DNA from: an uncultured Candidatus Binatia bacterium
GTDB lineage: Bacteria; Desulfobacterota; Binatia; UBA9968; JAJDTQ01
Direction of reading: 5' to 3'
Assembly (NCBI GenBank): GCA_965242525.1
Contig: OZ251459.1
Location: 960,001 to 1,024,000 of the forward strand
Length of the DNA stretch: 64,000 nt
This document shows positions 43,784 through 51,734 of this stretch, piece after piece. Under the pieces are notes generated by a model that saw only the letters and a program-made list of their open reading frames with translations, was not told where the DNA came from and did no database searches. The position numbers were made by a program, and so were the translations under genes. Within the stretch, counting starts at the first letter, position 1; each line of letters opens with the position of its first letter.

Positions 43784-45163
43784 ATGGCGACGATGATAAC
43801 CAGCGAGTGCATCAATTGCGGCGCTTGCGAACCGGAGTGTCCCAACGAAGCCATCACCCAGAACGATGATATCTACGTCATCGATCCGGTGCTGTGCACG
43901 GAATGCGTCGGTTTCCACGACTATGAAGCGTGCGCCGCGGTCTGTCCGGTGGACTGCTGCGTGACCGACCCCAACAACGTCGAGCCGGAGGAAGCGCTCA
44001 TCGACCGGGCGCGGGTGCTGCACGAGGACGTGGACTTCGGCGACGACTTCGAGTCCCGCTTCCGTACCGGGGAGACCGCTGCCGCGGCGCCCGCCGAGGC
44101 CCCCGCGGCAGCGCCTCCGGACGCGGGCAACGGAGCCGCGGCCCAGGCGCCAATCCCGGCCGCGGCGCCTGCACCCGCAGCCGCGCCGGTCCCGGCCGCG
44201 GCGCCTCCTCCCGCGGCCGCGGTCCCCGCTCCCGCGGAAGAGCCGGAGGAAGAGCCCGAGCCCGCGCCCCGGGCGCCCAAGGTCTTTCCCGACCAGTTGC
44301 CCATGGGGTTCGAGGAGTTGGCGCAGAAGGTCCAGGCCAGCGAATCGCGCTTGGCGCGGCTGTCGCTGTTCCTGCTGCAACCCCTGCTGGGCGCCTTGCC
44401 TGCGGCTTCCCGGGACGCCCTGGCGGAGTTGGCCGGCCGCCCCTACTTCGTGGCGGGGGCCGCGGTCTCCCTCAACATGATCCTCGACATGATCCTCTAT
44501 CCGGTGGCGTTCGTGGCCGCGGGGCTTGCGCTCGAAGGCATGAGCCTCGCCTTCGACAAGGGCGTGAACCTGTACATACTCGCGGGCTTCGTGGCCGCCC
44601 TGGCGGAAGTGCTGTACCGCCTGCGCGAGAGCGTGTTCCGGGCCGTGCCCGCGGAGACCGTCACCCTGGGACCGGCCTTCTACGGCGTCCCGTTGGCGCT
44701 CCTGCTGCAACCCTTCCTGTCCGGCCGGGCAGAGTTGCTGCGCCGGGTCCCGGTGCCGGTGGAGGGTTTCTACGACTCCCGGTTCGTGGAGAAACTGGAG
44801 CGCGAGAGGCGCTACGGCCATGCCTACACGGTGGAGGACCTGGGCAAGGCCTACCACCTGAGGCTGGAGTTCCCCACGCAAGTGCCGCGGCTGGGCATCG
44901 CCATGGCGCCGAGACTGCCCGAGAGGATGCCGGACTACGATTACGACCTGCTGTTGAAGGAAGGCCAACTCATCGTCAAGGGCAAGCTGCCGGACTCCCG
45001 CATCCGGAAGATATCCTCGAGCATCGGCGCCTTCCCGCCCGAGTTCACCACGGTCATCCCGCTCCAGGAGCGGGTCTATGGTTTCTCGCACCACCTGGGC
45101 AGCAAGGTCCTGGACGTGCTCCTGCTCAAGGAGAGCGCGGCGAGGCTGGGGTGGATCACCTAG
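43784..45163 (+). CDS. YfhL-type 2[4Fe-4S] ferredoxin fused to Ala/Pro linker, membrane segment and Hsp20-like C-terminal domain
   Basis: CINCGACEPECP...CTECVGF....CAAVCPVDCC; PAAAP linker; hydrophobic helices; beta-rich C-terminus. GAGGAG RBS before ATG 43784. Confidence 0.8.
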   Translation: MATMITSECINCGACEPECPNEAITQNDDIYVIDPVLCTECVGFHDYEACAAVCPVDCCVTDPNNVEPEEALIDRARVLHEDVDFGDDFESRFRTGETAAAAPAEAPAAAPPDAGNGAAAQAPIPAAAPAPAAAPVPAAAPPPAAAVPAPAEEPEEEPEPAPRAPKVFPDQLPMGFEELAQKVQASESRLARLSLFLLQPLLGALPAASRDALAELAGRPYFVAGAAVSLNMILDMILYPVAFVAAGLALEGMSLAFDKGVNLYILAGFVAALAEVLYRLRESVFRAVPAETVTLGPAFYGVPLALLLQPFLSGRAELLRRVPVPVEGFYDSRFVEKLERERRYGHAYTVEDLGKAYHLRLEFPTQVPRLGIAMAPRLPERMPDYDYDLLLKEGQLIVKGKLPDSRIRKISSSIGAFPPEFTTVIPLQERVYGFSHHLGSKVLDVLLLKESAARLGWIT

Positions 45164-45189
45164 CGGTCCCCAGGCCGCCGGAGCCGCCC

Positions 45190-45678
45190 ATGTCCACACC
45201 GGCCGGCGAGGGTTGGCGCTTTCGGGGCATGACCGTGGCCGACATCGACGAGGTCATGGCCATCGAAAGGGCTTCGTTCGCCAGTCCCTGGAGCCGCCAG
45301 TTCTTCCTGGACGAGTTGTGCGCGGACCGCGCCAACTCCGTGTTGTGCCAGGTCGAAGGCAAGCCCGTGGGCTACGTCATCTACTGGGAGCTGCCCGAGG
45401 AGATGGACATCCACAACGTCGCGGTCCACCCGCAACACCGGCGGCGGGGAGTCGGCCGCGCCATGCTCGGCCACGTCATGGACCAGGGCGCGAGGAAGGG
45501 CCTCCGTCGGATGACCCTCGAGGTCCGAAGGTCCAACGACGCCGCCCAGTCCCTCTACCGTTCCCTGGGATTCCAGGTCTGCGGCCTGCGCAAGGGATAC
45601 TATTCCGACAACGCAGAGGACGCCTGGGTCATGGAGCGACGGCTTCGGGAGCCGCGTCCCGAACTTTTCCGAAGCTGA
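45190..45678 (+). CDS. rimI: Ribosomal protein S18-alanine N-acetyltransferase
   Basis: IERASF.SPWS, IHNVAVHP..RRRGVG, TLEVRRSN..AQSLY, RKGYY...EDA.VM. Confidence 0.92.
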   Translation: MSTPAGEGWRFRGMTVADIDEVMAIERASFASPWSRQFFLDELCADRANSVLCQVEGKPVGYVIYWELPEEMDIHNVAVHPQHRRRGVGRAMLGHVMDQGARKGLRRMTLEVRRSNDAAQSLYRSLGFQVCGLRKGYYSDNAEDAWVMERRLREPRPELFRS

Positions 45679-45680
45679 CC

Positions 45681-45766
45681 CAATACATTGAATCAAAGGA
45701 CTCAATCCTATTGAATCGTTAGGGTTTATTTCCCTTGACGGCTTCCCCCTGCTACTGTATCATAAT
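45681..45766 (+). promoter_or_regulatory. carD promoter region: two upstream repeat boxes plus sigma70 promoter
   Basis: caatacattgaatc (45681) and caatcctattgaatc (45703); TTGACG(45735)-17 bp-TATCAT(45758). Confidence 0.55.
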
Positions 45767-45917
45767 GGGGAGCCGCTGATGGTGAAAGAGAACCCTCGTT
45801 GACATACCCACTTCCAATCCCGGCCTCTCCCGCCCTGACCGCCTTCCTCCGGATCCACCGGTTGGCCGCTTCCCATGGCGTTTCGATACACGGGGTCTGA
45901 TTTTCAAGGAGAACGGA

Positions 45918-46403
45918 ATGTTCAAGGTCGGAGAGAAGGTTGTCTATCCTGCGCATGGAGTCGGCGAGATCGAAGCGGTGCGAATCCAGGTGATATCCGG
46001 GACCGAGAGAAAGTTCTACATGCTGCGCATCCTCGACACCGACATGAAGATCATGGTGCCGGTGGACAACGCCATGGCCGTGGGCCTGAGGAAGATCATC
46101 GACAAGACCACGGTGACGCGCGTGTACCGGATCCTGCGCGAGAAGAAGAAGCCTCCCATGGACCAGCAGACCTGGAACCGCCGGTACCGCGAATACACCG
46201 AGAAGATCAAGACCGGCTCGGTCATCGAGATCGCCGCCGTGCTCAGGGACCTGTTCCTGTTGCGGAACGACAAGGAGCTTTCCTTCGGCGAACGGAAGGT
46301 GCTGGACACGGCAAGGAACCTGCTCGTGAAGGAGCTGTCCATCGCGCGGTCCCACACCGAGGAAAAGATCATGGAGGACCTGAGCCACATCTTTACCCAG
46401 TAG
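45918..46403 (+). CDS. carD: CarD/CdnL family RNA polymerase-binding regulator
   Basis: MFKVGEKVVYPAHGVG, VGLR, TWNRRYRE, LSFGERK. Confidence 0.95.
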   Translation: MFKVGEKVVYPAHGVGEIEAVRIQVISGTERKFYMLRILDTDMKIMVPVDNAMAVGLRKIIDKTTVTRVYRILREKKKPPMDQQTWNRRYREYTEKIKTGSVIEIAAVLRDLFLLRNDKELSFGERKVLDTARNLLVKELSIARSHTEEKIMEDLSHIFTQ

Positions 46404-46426
46404 CGTGTGGTCTCCCGGTCCGTTGG

Positions 46427-46460
46427 AAGAGCCGAGGGAACCCCCTTCGGCTCTTTTTTT
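46427..46460 (+). terminator. Intrinsic terminator after carD
   Basis: aagagccgaggg...cccttcggctc hairpin followed by T7. Confidence 0.75.
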
Positions 46461-46479
46461 GCCGCAAGGAGGGCCCCTG

Positions 46480-47169
46480 GTGAGAGTCAACGCCGTCATC
46501 GTGGCCGCGGGGAGAGGGACCAGGGTCGGAGGCGGTGAGTCCAAGGTGCTCCTGCCGGTGGCCGGACAGCCGCTGCTCCTCCACGCTCTCCACCGATTTC
46601 GGCGCTCCCGGGAGGTCCGCAAGGCCGTGGTGGTGGCGCCCCGCGCAGACCTGGGGCGGTACGAAGACCTGGTACGGACGGCGCCGCTGGAGCCCCTGGA
46701 GACGGTGGTGCGGCCGGGCGGGTCCCGCCGCCAGGACTCCGTCCGGGCAGGCCTCGACGCCCTCGACCCGGACTGCGAGTTCGTCCTGGTCCACGACGGA
46801 GCCAGGCCCTTTCCCGCCCCCGACCTCATCGACCGCTGCGCTAGGGAGTCCTGCCGCAACCGTTCGGTCACCGCCGCGGTGCCGGTGCGGTACACCATCA
46901 AGACCGTGGTTCGCGGACGAGTGGAGCAGACCCTGCCCCGGAGCGAGCTGTGGGAGATCCAGACCCCGCAGGCGTTTCCCGTGGGTCTGCTGCGGGACGC
47001 GTATGCGCGGGCGGCCGCGGAAGGCGTGACCGCCACCGATGACGCCATGCTGGTGGAGCGGCTGGGGGCGCCGGTCCGGGTGGTGGAGGGGAGCGCCACG
47101 AACCTGAAGGTCACCTACCCCGAGGACCTGCTCTTCGCGGAGGTCCTCGCGGCCCGGGGGCTGGCGTGA
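46480..47169 (+). CDS. ispD: 2-C-methyl-D-erythritol 4-phosphate cytidylyltransferase
   Basis: IVAAGRGTR, GGSRRQDSV, VHDGARP, IQTPQAF, TDDA, NLKVT.PEDL; GTG start with AGGAGG. Confidence 0.93.
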   Translation: MRVNAVIVAAGRGTRVGGGESKVLLPVAGQPLLLHALHRFRRSREVRKAVVVAPRADLGRYEDLVRTAPLEPLETVVRPGGSRRQDSVRAGLDALDPDCEFVLVHDGARPFPAPDLIDRCARESCRNRSVTAAVPVRYTIKTVVRGRVEQTLPRSELWEIQTPQAFPVGLLRDAYARAAAEGVTATDDAMLVERLGAPVRVVEGSATNLKVTYPEDLLFAEVLAARGLA

Positions 47170-47185
47170 AGACCCCGCGCGGGTC

Positions 47186-48100
<915 letters not shown>

Positions 48101-48138
48101 GGGGTTGCGGGGCGCGCCGGAGCAGGGCGGGAAGCCCC

Positions 48139-49254
48139 TCAGACTCCGGCGCCGCCCGGGGCCCGTTCCAGCCGGTACGGCAGTACGGACATGCCGGCAT
48201 ACGCCTTGGCCGCGGTTCGAGCGCCCCGTTGGACCACCACCTTGAAGTAGCTGATGCCCTGGCGGACCACGTAGATCGCTCCTTCTCCGAGCAGCCGTTC
48301 GACGCCCGGCCAGCGCCGCAGCCCGTCGGCTTTCCCGGGAACGCACCAGCCCTGCTCCGTGACCCGGTCTATGAAGGGGTTCCACCCCATGGGGTCGGCG
48401 TCGAACCATCTCACGGGGCGGTACAGCTCCAGGCCGAGCCGCGGCCCGATCCCCTGCGCGGTGACTTCCAGGCCGACGGCGACGTAGGCGGTCAGGTCCT
48501 CCATGGCGGAGAGCACGGCCGCCGCCGCGTCCGTCGACCCGGGCCACTCCAAGCGTTCCAGCAGGGGGGGGACTTCCTCCTGCGCGGCGCCCCAGACGAG
48601 GATGCGGAACGCCTTGGGGGAGCGCCCCGGGAGGGCTCCCGCCTGGAACACGAAAGCCCTTTCCGGCAGGGCCGCGACGATGCGGTCCACCGTTGGCAGC
48701 ATCTCCCGGTGGCCGCTCCAGCCTGCGGTCAGGGCCAGCGCCTCGAGCAGGGCGGCAGGGTCCCGATGCTCGGTAAAGCCCTCCCGGGACCCGGGGGCGG
48801 AGGCCCGGGGCGGGAAGAAGATGCCCGGGGGCGGCGCCGGCCGGTGCGGCGCGAGCCCCGCCAAGTCGTACTCCAGCATCATCGCGCGCACTCCTCGGGC
48901 CAGGTACGAGTCCGTATCCGCGGCCTGTTGCTCGAGTCCGGCCGCGAGAGCGGCCGCCGGCGACCCGGGTTCGGCGCGCTTTCCCTCGCTGACGTAGTGC
49001 CGCGCCAAGTCCGATCCCGGTACCGCCATCACCACGAGGTCGGCGTCCGCGCTCGGCTCCGCGAGATGGAACTCGAAGCCGAAGTGGGTGTCGGCAACGG
49101 AACGGGGCAGCGGCTCCGCCCCCCGCATGACTCGCTCCCAGCCCCCGGCGTCGAGCAGCGCGGGCGGAAAAAGGGAACGGCATCCCCGGAGGACCGTGGC
49201 AAAGGAGCCGCGCGCGGCTCCTGCCGATGGGTCGTCTCCCGTGCCCACTTCCAT
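48139..49254 (-). CDS. Uncharacterised RiPP-associated enzyme, candidate ABBA-fold peptide prenyltransferase
   Basis: 371 aa directly downstream of an NHLP precursor; alternating helix/strand motifs HFGFEFHL..ADADL, MLEYDL, PPGIFF, FQAG, GPRLGLELY, ISYFKVV..AKAY. Function is inferred. Confidence 0.55.
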   Translation of the reverse strand: MEVGTGDDPSAGAARGSFATVLRGCRSLFPPALLDAGGWERVMRGAEPLPRSVADTHFGFEFHLAEPSADADLVVMAVPGSDLARHYVSEGKRAEPGSPAAALAAGLEQQAADTDSYLARGVRAMMLEYDLAGLAPHRPAPPPGIFFPPRASAPGSREGFTEHRDPAALLEALALTAGWSGHREMLPTVDRIVAALPERAFVFQAGALPGRSPKAFRILVWGAAQEEVPPLLERLEWPGSTDAAAAVLSAMEDLTAYVAVGLEVTAQGIGPRLGLELYRPVRWFDADPMGWNPFIDRVTEQGWCVPGKADGLRRWPGVERLLGEGAIYVVRQGISYFKVVVQRGARTAAKAYAGMSVLPYRLERAPGGAGV

Positions 49255-49318
49255 GCCTCGCGCCCCGACCGGCGGTCTTGCCGCAGGACGGCAGACCCTG
49301 CCCCGCGTCAGCGGAACC

Positions 49319-49594
49319 CTACCGCCACCCCACCTCGCCCCAATCGATGCCTCCGGCCACATGCACCAGGTCGGCTTCCCCGAGATTGGCGGAGGGCGGA
49401 AGGACCAGGTGGCTGGTGTCCGCGGTTTCCTCGTGGACCTCGATGTTGAACCCGGAGGGCACGGTCACGCCGGTTTCCGCCTTGATCGCGGCCTTGGGGT
49501 CCGCCATCAATTGGCTGCGGAACTCGCTGTCCACGGTCGACTTTTCGATCAGGTGCTCGCGCAGCTCACTGATGGTCATCGTTTTCTCGTCCAT
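49319..49594 (-). CDS. NHLP (nitrile hydratase-like leader) RiPP precursor; core IDWGEVGWR after a double-glycine site
   Basis: LIEKSTVDSEFRSQLMADPKAAI...P.GFNIEVHEET.DT.HLVLPP...L.EADL..VAGG; AAGGAG RBS 6 nt before ATG 49594; 91 aa. Confidence 0.92.
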   Translation of the reverse strand: MDEKTMTISELREHLIEKSTVDSEFRSQLMADPKAAIKAETGVTVPSGFNIEVHEETADTSHLVLPPSANLGEADLVHVAGGIDWGEVGWR

Positions 49595-49680
49595 GTCCCT
49601 CTCCTTCGGCAGCCTGCACGCGGCCGCGCAAGCGAAATTCGGACGCGCTGCGCTTCGGGTGCGCAGCACGCCGTTCATGG

Positions 49681-49824
49681 AGAGTACGATACGGCCGACC
49701 CGATGTCAAGGTTTCGCACTCACGGAAATGCCTTATCCGGTATTTCCGTGGTCAGTGCGGCGGCGGGTTCCGGCGGCGCCTCGCAACCCTCCGCCTTGAC
49801 ACCGGTGGTGGGCAAATCAATAAT
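49681..49824. promoter_or_regulatory. Divergent sigma70 promoters with a central palindrome
   Basis: Minus: TTGACA(49709-49704)-17-TACTCT; plus: TTGACA(49796)-17-AATAAT; palindrome CACGGAAATGCC-N6-GGTATTTCCGTG at 49721-49750. Confidence 0.6.
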
Positions 49825-49852
49825 GGGGGCAGTACAGGGTGAAGGAGAGCGC

Positions 49853-50293
49853 ATGGCGGAGGAAACAGACACGCAGAAGGGGTTCAAGGTCCACGACAAA
49901 CGCCGGTTCACCGACGAAGGCGAGGCCCGGGAGCAGCAGCCCGCGGGGGAGCCGGCCCCCTCGGAAGAGCAGCAGCCCGCGGAGCCCGGCGCGGAGACGC
50001 GCGCCGTTCCCGTCGGCGATCCCGGGGACCGCCGGGACGAGCTGCCGTCCATCGACTTCTCCACGTTCATCATCAGCTTGAGCACCCAGGCCCTCATGCA
50101 CCTGGGGGAGATGAACGACCCGGTCACGGGCAAGGTGGAGAAGGACGTGGCGGTGGCCAAGCAGACCATCGACATCATCGGCATGTTGAGCGAGAAGAGC
50201 AGGGGCAACCTGGACGAGGCCGAGGAACAGCTCGTGAAGGAAGTGCTGTACAACCTCAGGATGAGGTACGTGGAGGCCGTTCGCACCCCATGA
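49853..50293 (+). CDS. DUF1844 domain protein
   Basis: FKVHDKRRF N-terminus; IDFSTFIISL.TQALMHLG..DPVTG...AKQTID.I.ML.EK.RGNL...E...L...LY.LRM.YV. Confidence 0.85.
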   Translation: MAEETDTQKGFKVHDKRRFTDEGEAREQQPAGEPAPSEEQQPAEPGAETRAVPVGDPGDRRDELPSIDFSTFIISLSTQALMHLGEMNDPVTGKVEKDVAVAKQTIDIIGMLSEKSRGNLDEAEEQLVKEVLYNLRMRYVEAVRTP

Positions 50294-51711
50294 CGCGCGT
50301 GCCGCCGCCACGGACGCCCGGGCGCCGGCGGACGCTCCTGTCCGCCGGCGCGGCCGCGGTCCTGCTGCTCCTGGGGACGCCCCCTGCGGCCGCGGGCCGG
50401 GGCATGGACCTACCCGACTTCGTGGCCCTGTCGAAGCAGGTGCGTCCGCTGGTGGTGCACATCTCTTCCACCCCTTCCACGGAAACGGCGCCAGGTCCGG
50501 ACCCCTTTCGGGAAGGGGATCCTTTCGGCGATTTCTGGCGGCGCTTCTTCGGCGAGGGGTTTCCGCGCCATCCGGGAAGCGGGCAGTCCCGCAGCGTCGG
50601 TTCGGGGTTCATCGTGGACGCCAACGGCTACATCCTCACCAACGACCACGTGGTGGAGGAGGGGCGCGAGCTCACGGTCAAGCTCTCGGACGGGGCCGAG
50701 CATCGGGCCAGGGTGGCCGGCAGGGATCCCCAGACCGACATCGCCCTGGTCAAGATCGACGTGGACCGCAAGCTGCCGGTGGCCACCCTGGGCGACTCCG
50801 CGGCCCTGGAAGTGGGGGAGTGGGTGCTGGCCGTCGGCAACCCCTTCGGCCTGGAGCACACGGTGACCGCGGGCATCGTCAGCGCCAAGGGCCGCCGCAT
50901 CGGCGCAGGCCCCTACGACAACTTCATCCAGACCGACGCCTCCATCAACCCCGGAAACTCGGGCGGTCCGCTGGTCAACCTCGAGGGTCAGGTGGTGGGG
51001 GTCAACACCGCGATCTTCAGCCGGGGCGGGGGCAACGTCGGCATCGGCTTCGCCATCCCCATCAACCTGGTGAAGGGACTCGTGTCGCAACTCAAGGACG
51101 AGGGCAGGGTGACCCGGGGATGGCTGGGGGTGGTGATCCAGGACGTGGACGACGAGACGGCCAAAGCCCTGGACCTGGGCGCGTCCGGGGGAGTCCTGGT
51201 GGCCAACGTGACCCGGGGAAGCCCCGCGGAAGCCGCGGGGGTCCGGGTGGGGGACGTCATCGTGGCGTTCGACGGCGCCGCGGTCCGGAAGTCCGGCGAG
51301 CTCCCGATGGTGGTGGCCCGGACCCCGGTGGGGAAGGCCGTCCGCGTGGAGATGGTGCGGGACGGGCAGCCGCTTTCCGTCACGGTGCGGGTCGGGGAGC
51401 TGCGCGGGGACGGGGCCCCGGCGGGGGACGAGCACGGTCTCGGCCTGACCCTCCGGGAGACCCCCCGACGGCCCGGCGGACGTCCGGGAGCGCAGGAAGG
51501 CGTGGTGGTCACGGGGGTGACTCCGGACGGCCCCGCGGACCGTGCGGGCATCCGCGCCGGAGACGTGATCCTGGAAATCGACCGTGAACGGGTCCGCGGG
51601 CTGCAGGACTTCCGGCAGGCGGCCCGGAAACTGGAGAAAGGCAGCGGCGTGCTCTTCCTGGTGCGGCGCGAGGACACGACCATCTTCCTCGCGCTGCGCC
51701 TTCCGCGTTAG
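50290..51711 (+). CDS. htrA: HtrA/DegP-family serine protease with two PDZ domains
   Basis: GSGFI, LTNDHVV, TDIAL, FIQTDASINPGNSGGPL, two PDZ regions. Confidence 0.93.
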   Translation: MTRVPPPRTPGRRRTLLSAGAAAVLLLLGTPPAAAGRGMDLPDFVALSKQVRPLVVHISSTPSTETAPGPDPFREGDPFGDFWRRFFGEGFPRHPGSGQSRSVGSGFIVDANGYILTNDHVVEEGRELTVKLSDGAEHRARVAGRDPQTDIALVKIDVDRKLPVATLGDSAALEVGEWVLAVGNPFGLEHTVTAGIVSAKGRRIGAGPYDNFIQTDASINPGNSGGPLVNLEGQVVGVNTAIFSRGGGNVGIGFAIPINLVKGLVSQLKDEGRVTRGWLGVVIQDVDDETAKALDLGASGGVLVANVTRGSPAEAAGVRVGDVIVAFDGAAVRKSGELPMVVARTPVGKAVRVEMVRDGQPLSVTVRVGELRGDGAPAGDEHGLGLTLRETPRRPGGRPGAQEGVVVTGVTPDGPADRAGIRAGDVILEIDRERVRGLQDFRQAARKLEKGSGVLFLVRREDTTIFLALRLPR

Positions 51712-51734
51712 CCGGGGTCTGCCGGGACCGAGCC

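Noticed and set aside
50290-51711. HtrA protease as the leader peptidase of the NHLP precursor
   Set aside because: It is a standard housekeeping DegP-type protease in a divergent core operon; double-Gly leaders are normally cut by C39 peptidases.
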